A DNA stretch of 64,000 nucleotides from the human T2T-CHM13v2.0 reference genome, Homo sapiens. Of the stretch, positions 48,916 through 63,040 are shown piece by piece (within the stretch, counting starts at the first letter, position 1; every line of letters starts with the position of its first letter). Both the position numbers and the translations under genes were made by a program. The stretch lies in assembly GCF_009914755.1 (NCBI RefSeq), contig NC_060934.1. One strand, given 5' to 3'. The notes below the pieces were generated by a model. The model ran no database searches and was not told where the DNA came from. It worked only from the letters and a program-made list of their open reading frames with translations.

Positions 48916-51909
48916 TGATGTTTCCTTCTGTGTGTAGGGACCCCATTGGTATAACACACCTGGCTTCTCCCTGCTCTCTCTTTCATTCTGCTCCAGCGAA
49001 TATTGAGTGACTTATCTGATTGGTGAGTTTGGCAGGAGCAGTCCAGGCTACTGGGTAGCTCACCCCATCCTTGGGTACAAGCTACCTGAAATGTAAACAC
49101 ATTTCTGCTCTGCCCTTGTGAGCAGGAGAGGCTAGTGATGGTCCAGTGTTGCTTATGACCTATGGGCATGTCTGACTAATTCTAGGTTTCCATGTTTAAC
49201 AGTCTGCTTGCCTGCAGCCATGAGCCATGTTCTTCAAAGTCAGCCTCATTGGTAGCAAATGTGATACTTGGTCTCTATCTGCCTTGCTTCTTTGTCTAAT
49301 TTCTTAATTGGTTTAGAAATCAGTATTTATGGAGATACTTCCCCCACTACAATGGCTGGCTTGACTGCCAGCTCCTGGATAGGAAAAGGATACTGGACTC
49401 CTCTCCTACCTGCCATATGTGATTGACCATGGGAGCTTGAGCATGGGGTCCTGGAAGGGGAAGGGATCGATGGTAAGACAAGGTAAAGAGAAATATTAAT
49501 GCACAGGTGCCCTGTGAAGTGTGCTGGACCTCTGGGCTCAGAAAGGACCAAGGGAGCCTCAGGCGAGCCCAGTGGGGAGGGACAGCCTCAGCTTTCCTCC
49601 TCTTACTCCCCTGCTCAGATTCTACAATATCTCTGCCCCACTCAGCCAGGCAAGTTATGGCAATGGCACAAGCTGGGGGAAGAAGATCTGGATTCCTTGC
49701 CTAGCTGGGCCACTAATTTTCTATGTAAGCCTAACTGAGTTATGCTCCTCCCCACTCCCACCTCCGCATTCTGGCCTCAGTTTCGCCATCTAGAACAAAG
49801 AAATTGTGCTAAATAATATCTTGTAGTGGTTCCTTCTGGCCTTTACGGTTTCCTTATCTAGATCAGAGACTCCAGCCTAGGGCTACTTACAGACTTACTT
49901 TGTTTGGCCCACGCTGTGTTCTTTTTTTTTTTTTTTTTCCAGTTATTTGCTGACATTGGGAAGATTTCACACACAAATCTGAATTTCCAGTTTCTCTTGA
50001 ATTCTAAGTCTTAATTGCTACATAGAAATAGTAAGCTGGATTTAAGTGGTTCTTGGGCCCTTTAGGGGCATGGGGCCTCTCCAGGTGACCACAGCCCTCA
50101 CTGAGCCCTGCCACTCATGCACGTTGCTTGCTTGCCCTGAAGCACTTGCACTGGGGTCTGTGCACAGACAGTAGGGCAGCTGCGATATGAGCCCAGGTCT
50201 CTGGGAATCTAGGCCAGTGTGATTTCTGCTATATTCTGTGGCCAGTCAAGCTCTCTCCAGATGGGCAAAGAGAAAAGAGGGACAATATTTCAGAACTGCC
50301 TGAGTTTATTCTAAGGGAAGCTGGACCTAGGATGGGGGATGAGACAAAGAACTTCATGGGTGCAGCAGGTCTCTTGGTGTCGTGTGGGAAACACAAGCAG
50401 AATCAGAAGTTCCCCTGGCCTCTCCCTGGGTCCTCTTTTTCCCACCCCCAACTAGTGGCTGAGCCAAGAGGCTGGAGCTAAAGCCTCTCCCCCATTGGCA
50501 ACTTTACTGATCCCTCCCCTAAACTTTCACTCCAGTGGTTAAATCATTGTCAGAGACACAAGGTCAGGCTACCAGCTGGCTGCCCCATGCAGAGGAGGCC
50601 AGTGGTGGTGTTAGCATGGGGGAGAGCCTGCGGGACAACCTGCTTTGCATCTCCACAGCCTCAGATCCCACATTACACAGCCCCAGTTGTACTCCACAGG
50701 GTTCCTAGCCCAAAGTGATGCTGAGAGGTAATCTCAGCTCTGCTGACACCTCACCCAGGGAAGGCTCAAGGGTTCTGGGGTCAGACAGACCTGGAGTTGA
50801 GTCCTGGCTGCCTATCAGCAGTGTCAATCAAGGTCAACTGAATGCTCGGTACCTCAGTTTTTTCATCTGTCAAATAAAACAAGTAATAAAACTCCTACCT
50901 CATTGAGATGTTGTAAGGATGCGACGACAGAAGGATCGTAGAGTGGCAGCACTTGCTAGGCTTTCTGTAATTGTCCATTTTCTTTCCTCCCCTTGGCTCC
51001 CAGGGATCTGGTCCTGGGAGTCCTGGGAGTCCTGGGTCTCAGTGTCCTATAGGCGGGGAAGATCTTCCAGAAATCGAACATGAAAATATAAAGCTATACT
51101 TTAGCTTTTAGGATGGCAATGAGAAAGTAGCGTCTACTTTTTAATGATGAAATCCCTTAGACTAATCATAATTTACAAACGATGCAGCCCACTCAGTCCC
51201 CACAGCTATTGCGTGAGCATGATATAACTACGGTCCCCACTTGCAGATGGGAAAACTGAGGGGCAGAGTGGCTCAGTGAGTTGCTCATGGTCACAAAGCC
51301 AATAAGTTTCGGAGGTTGCTTCTGTTGTCGGTTTATATCTGGCCATGGGGCAAGGCTTTGTCCTTTTGAAGACTCAACTCACATGGTAGGGGGTTGTCCC
51401 CCCAACCCATCCCCACTATGGGAAGTGGAGCACTTTTTCCTGGCCCTTTCTCACCTGGAATACTCATGATGAATAGTCATATCCTTCTCCTTTTCCAAAG
51501 CTAGTAGAAATTTTGCCGCCTCTGGGAAATCTTCCCTGTTTTAATCTCCGGCAAAGATTTTTCCTTCTTCACCCTGACTTCTACGCTGCTCCCAGGGTAC
51601 CCACCTCCCAGGAGCATGGGGCTTCTTATCTGCCAACTCAGCAACTCCTCTCTCTGGTTGGAAGGCTGGATGACAAACCCCTGGAGGGTGGGAGCCATGC
51701 TACATTGGCCTCCATTCCAACCTCCAGCCACGGAGTGCCCTCCTCCTACCCTTTCTTCCTCACTCCCGTCCAGGATGCACAGTCCACAGGCTTCCATAAC
51801 ACAAGTACAATCCTCTAGCAGTATGTAGCAAAAGCCTTAAATAGCACATAGCCTCTGACCTAACAGTTCTACTTTGAGGACATTTTTCTAAAGAAATAAT
51901 AAAAAGATA

Positions 51910-52336
<427 letters not shown>

Positions 52337-52432
52337 TTAAAATGAGGAAGTAGATCTGTATTTCATTAGCACCAAAAGAGGTTCATAAGATATTAAGGGT
52401 AAAAAGATTATAAGACAAAAAGTATAGACTGA

Positions 52433-52467
<35 letters not shown>

Positions 52468-54152
52468 GTCTCTTCATATGCGTGTGTGTGTGTAGATAGA
52501 AAGATAGAGAGATATAATATCTACCAAATATAAACAGTGGTTCTCTCTGGGTGGTAGGATTAACAAGTGATTTAAAATCTTTTACTAATCTATACTTTCT
52601 GCAGTGAGTTACTTGAGAAATTGAAGAAATAAGGAAAATATTTATTTTAAAGCTGGTGCCACAAGTTGGGCTCCAGGGGCATCTAGGTAGCACTCCCCCA
52701 CCTCTGTGGGAGACCCAGTGAGGGTAGGGGAGTCTGGGGGGGTGGTGGGGTGGGCATCAGGGGCATCAGGCTTTGTTTCTGGCCTGCGTTGGGCACTCAC
52801 TCTCCATGAGGGACCTTGTCAGGCCAGGTGACTGTCCCACCCCAGCCTGCACCTGCTCCGTTAATCTTCCATGTCCCAGCCAGGTCGACAGAGCCCACTG
52901 TGTCTATTGATCTAAGAGGAGGGTGTGAGGGCCCAGGAGGGGTTCCTGCTCCATGCCTGTACCTGCCGTTGCTCAGCAGCTGGGGCCTGGGCAGGAACCC
53001 TTGAGGGGGGTCGAGTTTGTCAGGGCTGATGGATGAGCTGCTGCAGGAAGTGGGAATGCTGATCTCTCCTGCCACTTCTCCCCACCTCCCTGGTCCAGGC
53101 TGTTCCTGGCAGCCTTAGTCCCCTAGGCAGGACGGCTAACAAAAGAAGCCAAGTTCTTCCTGCAAATGTCCATCAACCACTTGTAGACCCCTCCCCCAGC
53201 ACACATCTGCAGTACCAAAAGTGTTCTCATTTTAACCTCCCCTGAGCTCAGGAACATAGGCAAATCAGATACTAACTTTGTCATAGATGAGAAAGGGAAA
53301 GCAACTAACATATATATATATATATATATCTGGAAAGATGTCTACCAAATGTTAACAGCAAGTGAGCTGGGATTTGACCAGATCTTTGGGCTCAAATTCC
53401 ATGCTCATTTCACCATCTCTCATTGCCTCTTCATCCTGAAATTCTTCCCTCCTTAAAAAGTTCCTCCATCTCCAGGTAGCCTCCTGGGACTCCTTATTCT
53501 GCTGTGACTTGGACCACCTCAGTCATTGTAGAAACCCTCTTCCCTCACAAGTGCTGAGGCTGGGAACTCTGCCTGAGGTAGCAAGGCCGCATCTACTTTG
53601 AAATGTGTACTTAGTAGAGTCCCCCAGCTGATAGAGTAGAGTCCCTGCCCCTACCGCATTATACGAGGCCTCTCTCCTTCCCATCCTGTGGCATAGTCCT
53701 GATGGCACAGCGTCCAAGAAACGAGGCTTACGCATATCATTCCCAGGGAAGGCTCATGGGTCTGCACCTAGATTACATTTATTCTTCTTTTGAGCACTGT
53801 CCCACTGAGAGCTTGGCTAACTGGCTCCCCAGGCCATACGTGATGAGGGGCAGCACACTAGAAAGTGGGTGACCTGCTGCCAGAGCCGGGCAAGCTAGAG
53901 TAGACAAGGGCAGCAGAGATAGGAGCTCAGGCCCCACAGCAGTTTGGGGCATGTGACAAAGGGATGAGCACATCTCAGGAGATCCAGGGGTGCACGGAAC
54001 TGGGCCAAACACATTTGTGATAGCTCCCTAATCACCTAGACAGGCAGACACAAGGAACTAACACTTGCTGTGCTTTTATTATTTGCTACACACTTGAGGA
54101 TGGCATGTGCTCTGTTTAAGCAGGTACGAAATCATGCAATACTTTTAAGAGA

Positions 54153-54592
54153 GTGTGTTCATTCACTGGGCCACTGTAACAAGTTACTACATACTGGGTG
54201 GCTTAAAACAACAGAAATGTATTCTCTCACAATTCTAGAGGCCAGAGGTCAGAAATCCTCGAGTTGGCAGGACAACACTTCCTCCAAAGCCTACAGGACA
54301 GACTCCTTCCATGTCCCTTCCGGCTTCTGGCGGCCCCTGGCATTCCCTGGCTTGTGGCTACCTAACTCCCGTCTCTGCCTGTCTTCACATGGACTTCAAT
54401 GCGTCTCATGTCTGTTTCTTCTTCTCTTTTCTTATACGGACTTGTTTTTGGATTTAGGGCCTCCCCTAATCCAGGACGATCTCATCTTGAGATCCTTAAC
54501 TTAATTATATTTGCAAAGACCCTTTTTCTAAACACGGTCACATTTACAATGTCCCGGTGGATATTTCTATTGGAGGGCCACTATTCATCTCA
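54153..54592 (-). mobile_element. MLT1 (C/D-like) LTR
   Basis: CTGGGTGGCTTAAAACAACAGAAATGTATTCTCTCACAATTCTAGAGGCCAG hallmark. Confidence 0.78.
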
Positions 54593-55092
54593 CCGCAGAA
54601 AGATTCCTATCTAAAATGGTTACATATTTTTGAAACATACCACCTTAATATTGAACTGATTAAACCGCGGTTTGGACTAAATGTTTCTATAAAGAAGAGC
54701 GCATTTCCCAAGCAGGCCAGGTGTGTGGGACCTGGACCTACTTGAATTCCCAGAGTCCCCACCACAGATCAGGGTACATAGAGGAACTCAGCAAATTCCA
54801 AGGTGATTGGCTCATTCAATTTCTTTTACATTCCTTTCTCAAACTCCACATGGTACAGTGGGAAATTGGAGAGAAACGAGGAAAGATCATTAGTCTTTGA
54901 GTTGGGAGGCAGGAGCTCAAATTCCCTTTCTCTTCCTTACTCACTCACTTCTCAGCCTTTGAGCGCCTCTCCCAGGCCCTTCACATCCACACTTCCCCCG
55001 CGAGGCTTTCACCAGTGCAAAGTGTTCCACATCAAAGAAGCTATTCCTGCCATTCCACCATAGGCATTAAAAAAAAATTGAAGTACCACTGT

Positions 55093-55352
55093 AGCTGGGC
55101 ACAGTGGCTCACACCTGTAATCCCAGCACTTTGGGAGGTTGAGGTGGGTGGATCACCTAAAGTCAGGAGTTTGAGACCAGCCTGGTCAACATGGCGAAAC
55201 CCCATCTCCACTAAAAATACAAAAATTAGCTGGGTGTGGTTGGGGGGCGCCTGTAATCCCAGCTACTCCGGAGGCTGAGGCAGATTTGCTTGAACCGCTG
55301 CACTCCAGCCTGGGCGACAGAGCGAGACTCCATCTAAAAAAAAAAAAAAAAA
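55093..55352 (+). mobile_element. AluS with right-arm deletions
   Basis: Alu consensus; TSD AAAAAAAATTGAA(G/A)TACCACTGTA. Confidence 0.9.
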
Positions 55353-58195
55353 ATTGAAATACCACTGTATTCATTAATTGAAGCTTTTAAGTGATGACAT
55401 TACCCTCTAACTTGAAAATAATACAAGCTCAGTGCAAAAAACTAACAAAATGTAGAAGTGAGAGGAAATCCTGCGATTGCACCGCTTAGTTAATGAATGT
55501 TTTTCAAGATGTTTTTTCCTAAGCATAAACGTGCCTATATCTTTTGTACAAATGGTTTCATTCCATACCTCTAAAAGAATGTTTATCATTTTTTATCCAG
55601 AATTTTTAGATATTTTCTGGTGGAATGATTTGCGTGTTACCTTGTCTGTCATCTTGTTTAAAATCCAGTTTGTTTTTTCAACTAAGCAACATGTTGTGAA
55701 TATTTCCCATGTCAGTAAGCAGTATTTAACAACACAGTTTTCTATGGGTATTGTAACCTATTGTGTGATACATAGAAAATATCTGTTCTCCATGGTTGAA
55801 CACTTCCCTTTGTATCTAATTTTTTTCTCATTATGAAAGATAATGTTATGAATACCTTTGTTGAGACATTTTAATGCAATTTCTGATAATTTCCTCAGGA
55901 GGATTGTCTGGGCCAACAAATTTGGCTATTTTAAGGCATTAGATAATACTGAAAACAAAGGCTGGATCAATTTCTTAAAAACTGAAAGTAATATATGGGC
56001 ATGATAAAAATTTTAAAAGTAGAGAAAATCACTAATCATGACCATGACAACAACATCATCAATAACAACAGCTAACAGTCACTGATGGCTTCATGCAGTC
56101 TCCTCCTTTTATATTTTATATAGTATACACTTACCATATATTATATTACAGATTCTATACTTAATCTTTATAGCTATCCTTTGAGAGAGGTACTATAATT
56201 ATTCCTATTTCACAAATGACATTGGGGTTTAAAGAGGTCTCCTACAATCACCAAGCTGGTAGGTGATAGATTTGTCACCTGAACTCAAGGAGCCTGACTC
56301 TGAAGCCGGTGCTGTTGAGCGCTACAATCTACTAAGGAGGGAGGCAGCTCTCAGGCCTCCTGGAAAGGTCTGGGCAGAGGAGAGACAGGCGCTGCAGGCA
56401 GGAAGATTAGGTGATGACATGTGGGTGGCCCTAGAGGGAGAGGTGGTGGGGAGGCTCCAGGCAGGACTCCCTGTGTGGCTGGGGAACAGTGCCCTTCAAG
56501 AGGCAGGACAGGGCGGGATCCACAGGCATTGCAGAGGACAGTACCCAGGCAGGCGAGGTGAGAGTGGCACCAGGGTTCTAGCTTGGGCAGGTGGGTAGCT
56601 GGTGGCCCCTTTCACACAGGTTGCAGAGGAGAGGCCCAGCTCCATAGGTTTGTGCTCATGAACCTGACCTATGCCTCCTTCTGAGGCTGAGGTTGGCCCC
56701 ATGCTCAGCCCCCCTCCCTTCACTAGCACCAGGCTGGAGGTTCTCACTGAGGTCTGTGGGAACCACATCCTGTCTCCCTCCCTCCTGTTTCATGTTGTCA
56801 TAGATTAGATGCCCATCGCCACCACCCTGCCCTTGTTGGGGTTAGGGGCTGAGGTTTCCCGATCTACTTTCCTTGCCCTTAAAGAAAGGGGGCTCACCTC
56901 TCTCCTTTGCCCCAAGTGTTGATTGTTCTCACAAGAGGCAGTGACTGGAAAGGGGTCTGCCTGCTAAACATACACCTCTTTCTACCTCCCCTCCCCTCCT
57001 GTGGGCCCAGAGTCTCAGCCATTATTCCCTAGGCCTACAGCAAAGCCATGGCCCATAAGGTGTCCAGTAAGAGGCCCAAAGAGCAGGGGACAGCCTGGCC
57101 GCCACATTCGTTCAGTTCAGTTTTATTAAAAATACCACCGCTGCCACTGAACACCTACCACTTGCTAAGTATTCAAGGGACACAGCGATGTCCTGGACAT
57201 GGCCCCTGCTTTCAAGCCACGACTCTAGGCCCAGACAACCAGAGTCCTACCTGAGGGATAGAGTCTGTGTCAAGGGGACAGAGGCGTAGCCATCCATTCT
57301 AAGTGGGGGAGTCCAGACTGAGCCCCTGGTGCACTCGGGGCTGGACCCTGCTCTGCCACTATCTCTGTTGTGACCCTGGGCCAGTCTCTTCTCCTCTCTG
57401 GCCTTCAGCCTCCACAGCTGTGAAACCAAAGAATGGGACTCAGTGGTCCCTGAGGCCGTTTCCAGCCTGGGCTTGAGGGAGTTTTCTTCCTGGAGTCCTT
57501 TTGAGCTGTTGCTGGCTTTTTGCAACCACTTTTTAAAAGCAGTGAGTGAGAAGAGGCGGGGTGGGGGTGGAGAGCACGGGAACTGTAAAGAAATTCTCAG
57601 ACTGGTCTGTTGCTTTTTGTGTGTGGACCAGGGACTAGGAAGTGCTGCGGGGAGGGTGGGGGGAGAAGGCCAGGGATGGAGTGAGGAGGGGGAGAGGAGG
57701 GTGCCTGGAGGGGACAGAAGAATGAAATAAAGGCAATCCAACAAAAGGAAGTGAAAAGTGAATGACAAGTTTGAGGCTGCAGGCTCTAGGCCGGCTAGGC
57801 CTTTAGGGGGAAGAATGGAGACAAACGAGCTGGATTTTCATGCTTGGTGGACGTGAATGAAGGAGCATCTTTTAAAACCCTATCAGGAACTCTTTGGATT
57901 GTCATTAGATCTGGAAAGGGGAAAAGACGGAGGGAGGAGATTGCTGAATTTGGCCCCTGGGTGTGAAAAGCTCCCAGATTCTTCGCTGGCGGCTGGGGGC
58001 TTCATGCTCTCTCCTTGCCAGAGCCAGGCACACCTGGGCCCCTGAAAGCTTTCGGTAGATTATTTGTCATTCTGAGGGCCCTTGAAATTCAGTGGTGGTC
58101 TCCTTCTGCTCTTGGTGGGTGACCCCACACTGGAGCTACAAGGAAGTGGGGGCTGGGGGTGGACTGGGGGGAGCTCCAGGCTTCTGGCTCCTTGG

Positions 58196-58289
58196 AGGGT
58201 GACCAACCATCTGGGTTTGCCAGGGACACGGGACTTGCAGTGCTAACACCGGAAAAGTCCAGGACAAACCAAGATGACTGGTCACCATA
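58196..58289. mobile_element. MER81-like hAT-Blackjack MITE
   Basis: Terminal inverted repeats GGTGACCA...TGGTCACC, about 95 bp. Confidence 0.7.
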
Positions 58290-60686
58290 CTTTTGGGTGG
58301 GGGCTGGTAGGGACAAGAGGGGAGGGAAGTGAATTGCTCAAGGCTGGTCCCACCAAGCCCTGGGGTTAGGCTGGTACTGGAGCCTTGGTCCTGGCCTCCA
58401 GCAGGCATCTGGGATACAGGCTGGGAGGATTTTTGTTTGTTTGTACTTTTAAAAAAAAGACAATTAGAGACTTTTGCCTATGACTGGATACTAGATCATG
58501 TTTCAGAATTTCTCATGCATTGTAAAAATAGTTTGGTGGTTATGTTTTTAAAAATATTCTTACCATTTAAAAATGGACACTGAAGAATTTACCAGTGGAT
58601 GATAGATACCTGGGATGTACTTTAAAATATTCCACCAAAAAAAGTCCGTGCAGGTTTGGGGTGGAGGCAAACCGATGAAATGAGGTTGGTAATGAATTGG
58701 TGGTTGCAGAAGCTAAGGAATGATGCGTGAAGACACATTATTCTATTCTTTCTGCTTTTGTCTATGTTTGGAAGTATCCAAAATCCAAACTCAAAAAACA
58801 AAGAAAAGAAAAGGGGAGCATATCAGTGATGCAAAGTAGCAGTGGTTAAAAGCACTGGCTCTGGGTCAGGACAGCATGGGTCCAAGTCTAACTCCACCTC
58901 TACTGGGTAACTGGCAGCATGTTTTTTAACCAATATCAGTGTTATCATTTGTAAAATGGGAATAATAATTCTAATAATTAGTCTATGATCTCAGAGACTA
59001 ACAAATGGAAAGCACTAGCAGTGTGCCTAGACATAGTATACTCTCAATAAAAAGTAGTTGTTGTTAAGCAAAGATAGGTGATTTGTGGGGAGGACATGCC
59101 GTTTCAGCCCAGAGATCCCTTCAGAGCTTGGATCCTGGGAGTGTGGGTGATTTCCTGGAATAAACCTCTCCTGAAGAGGTCAGCTATCAGGACTCAGACC
59201 TCACCTATACAATGCACCCAGGCAGGCTTCTTCCCTTCCCACGCCTTCAGCCTGCAGAGAGCCCTCTGCCTGCCCCTCTTTTCTGTTCTCAGTCTTATGT
59301 ATTTGGCAGAGTTTTCTCCCTACCTCCTCCAGGAAGTCTCAGTGCTGTGCTTATACCTTCATGCCTTTGCTTGACCAGTTTTCCTCTGGTCTCTGTCAGT
59401 CAACCAGAAACTGCAAGAGGGCAGGTTGCAGGATGAGCACACGGAAGCTCAGGGATGTGCTGGTTCACACGTAGTGACAGCACACACACAGAAACAAGTG
59501 CAACACATGGCACACACACATACAGCCCTGAGGCAGGTATGTCAATTCCTGCTAACAAATGGGATCAGAGGTTAGAAAGCCTGAGATGCAAGAGCAGAAG
59601 AAGGGGGGACCTGGCCTTGTTCACTGTGGGGTTCATGGTGCAGAATTTAGTACACTGTGAGCAGTAGATGCCAGGGGCTGTCAGCAACTGGAGCCAGGTT
59701 CACTGCTGAGGTCTGTGTTGTCAGAATTCAGTGCCAGGTAGAGGGCCATGACGATGAGGCACTTGCCTTCATTTCAGGGGACTGCACCAAGAGACCTGGA
59801 CACTGGAGGTCAAGAGCTGACCTCCTGCCAGGATGACAGTCATTCCTGGTGGTGCAATGGTCACAAGAGTGGAAATCTTAAAAGCCACCATTTATTCTGC
59901 ACAGGTGCTGGCACTTGTCTTGTGTTACTTTATTTAATCTTGACAATTACTCTATGAGAAAAGTAACATTGTATCCTTTTATAGTTGAGGAAACTGAGCC
60001 TCAGAGACATTAGGCCATTGGCTGAATGTCACACATCTAAGAAGGGGCAAGGCTTGGATTTGAACTTCTCCAGGCTGGCTGTCTGTCTTTGGATTCAATA
60101 CTCTCAGCTACAGCATTATATATGCAATTTCTGCTGAGCAAAAAAGGATATTGGGGAAGGATTTACTGTGGAAATTACATGCTATCTGGAATTTGTTTCA
60201 AAATAATTCATGAAGAAAGTGCCAGGAAAAATGGGTGGGGATGTAGGTGAAATATAATTGTCTCTGAGTAGATAATTCCTGAATCTGGGTGATGAATAGC
60301 TGAGAATTCATTATGCTCTTCTCTCTACTTTTGAAATTTTCCATAATACATTTGACTTGCTCTGGGTTCTACCATGGGTTCTACCATGAGTGACCTTGAA
60401 CATGTTGCTGAACCTCTGTATGCCTCTAGTTCCTCACTAGACTTGGCTCCATCTGTCCCCAACTAATTGCAAGATTGCAATGCCACTCAATCTATGCTCA
60501 GGGAATAAAGAGTGTAACAACACCTGGATCTGCTGAGACATGGGTCCCCTTATTTCTAAGGGCAGCCACAGACCCTTTTTAACTAAAGATCTTTCTTTTG
60601 CCGCCCACTTCCCAGAAAGAAAAAGTCAGAGAGCTGCCTGTGCATTTGGTCTGTGTCTGAACTTCAGGAATGGAAAAACAAAAATA

Positions 60687-60688
<2 letters not shown>

Positions 60689-60726
<38 letters not shown>
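60689..60726 (+). repeat. (TG)19 microsatellite
   Basis: Perfect dinucleotide run. Confidence 0.97.
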
Positions 60727-60727
<1 letters not shown>

Positions 60728-61339
60728 TGGGGGAATGTGCAGTGTGCTGCTCACTCCACCTGTGTGGGTCTCCTCGTCTCCCCTTCCAAGTAGCCACCTG
60801 TTCATTCCTCATTCAAAAGGGCCCTGGGGGCCCCAGGCAGAAGGGTGGTGCCCAGACCCTGGGGGAGGCAAATGAGGCTCTGGGCCTCCCAAACACTGGG
60901 GATGATAAATGGGGTCCGAGTCTTTCAGGCTTCATTATAGAGTCGCCATGGGTTTGCCCAAACCATGGCAACCGATTCAAGCAATGATTAACCTAATAAA
61001 GCAGAGGCAAAGGGGAAAAAGATGCATTCAAGACCCCAAGTCAGGCCCTGGTTCTCTAGAGGCAGTAAATTTCCCTTCAGTGGGTGCAGTGTTCAGGCCC
61101 CAGACATCCTAAATCTATGCCTTCGGGAGTGGGGGCAGGGAGGCCTGTGAAAGCCTGTGTGAATGGATGTCAGGTATCAGCTGGGGTGGCTCAAATGCAC
61201 ACATAGCAGTCCCCTGGGCCCTTCTTGGAAGCCAACCCAGTACTGGGGATAGGGAGACATCTGCTTTAACCCCAGTAGTCAAATTACCTGGGCTTTCTTT
61301 TTTTGAACTCTGGTGTATTTGACCCTGAGGAGGTAGTGG

Positions 61340-61349
61340 TGTGTGTATG

Positions 61350-61391
<42 letters not shown>

Positions 61392-61402
61392 TGTGTGTGT
61401 GT
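61340..61402 (+). repeat. Interrupted (TG)n microsatellite
   Basis: Direct reading. Confidence 0.95.
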
Positions 61403-61519
61403 ACATATGTCTGTCTGCCTGTCTCTGGGGTGTGGAAAGCAGGTAGCAAAGATTTCTATGTTTGATCTCAGCCAAAAGGCCGAGAAGCAATTGGAAGCAA
61501 AGGTTTCTGTTACTGTCAA

Positions 61520-61981
61520 TGTGATGGGCAGCCTGTAAAATACCCACCATGATCTCTGCCTCCTGGTATTCATGTCTCTGTCTTGGATGTCCCCCCTTCA
61601 CACCTTGGTTGCTTGCATTGAGGGAAGCCAGTTGCCATGCTGTGAGCCACCCTATGGAGAGGCCAACATGGCAAGGAGATAAAGGATGTCTCTGGCCAAA
61701 AGCCAGTGAGGAACTGGGGCCCTCATTGCAACAGCCTTTGAGGAATTGAATTCTGCCAACAACCACACGAGTGGGCTTGGAAGTGGCTCCTACCCTAGTC
61801 AAGCCATCAGGTGAGACCATATTCCCAGCTGACCCTCTCTGACTGCAGCCTCATGAGACACCTGAACCAGCTAAGCCACACCTGGATTCCTGACCCACAG
61901 AAGCCACACATGATAAATGTTTCTTGCTTTAAGGAGCTAAGTTTTGGGTAATTTGTTATGCAGCAATAGCTAACTAGTACA
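61520..61981 (+). mobile_element. MLT1 (F-like) LTR
   Basis: TG start; ends TTTGTTATGCAGCAATAGCTAACTAGTACA. Confidence 0.8.
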
Positions 61982-62736
61982 ACAGAGGCAGTGTAGCTGG
62001 TGATGATGTTATGTTAGCAGGAGCCTCAGTTTGTCTCCGTAATGATCAGGTTTGGGTGCTTGGGCAAGTCCCATCACACTTGCCTGGTTAATTTGGGAAG
62101 GTCAGTTCTGGCTCATGCTTTCTTCACTACCCATCTGTAGGAATAAGACGGAGACGAGATGGGTGCTATAATGAGTCTGCCTCATCTTCATCTCATGAAA
62201 TCCTGTGAGGTAAGCACGGTTTTCTCCATTTTTGTAGCTGGAGAAACTACAGCTACAGCAAGTTACTTGCAGAGGCTAAGTAACTTGCCCAAGGTAATAG
62301 GATTAGGAAGTACTGGAGTTGAGATAGATCCCAAGCCTCATGCTCTTTCCACTCACTCAGGAGGGATCTCAGTTTCTCAGGAGGGATCACCTACACATGA
62401 ACTACTGGCATTGTTACCATGATCTCAGAAACAATGATATGGTACTGTTGTGATAATCTGTTCTTACTTAGTCAGATGGGACATCTTCTGAAATAGATTT
62501 ATAGGCAGCAAAGGACAGGTTATTTTTGTGCAGAGGATATGAAGCAGGAGGGTTAGTGGGTCTCTATATGACTCATTCATCCATTCATTTATTCAACAAA
62601 ATTCCTTGGCCTTTATGTGCTAGCCATTCTGGGGAGGGATAAAGATTTCTAAGCAAATAATTGCAATGCCTTTTATTCATTTATTAATAGTCAATTCACT
62701 CACTCATTAATTCATTCTGAAAACATGTGGCATTTG

Positions 62737-63040
<304 letters not shown>

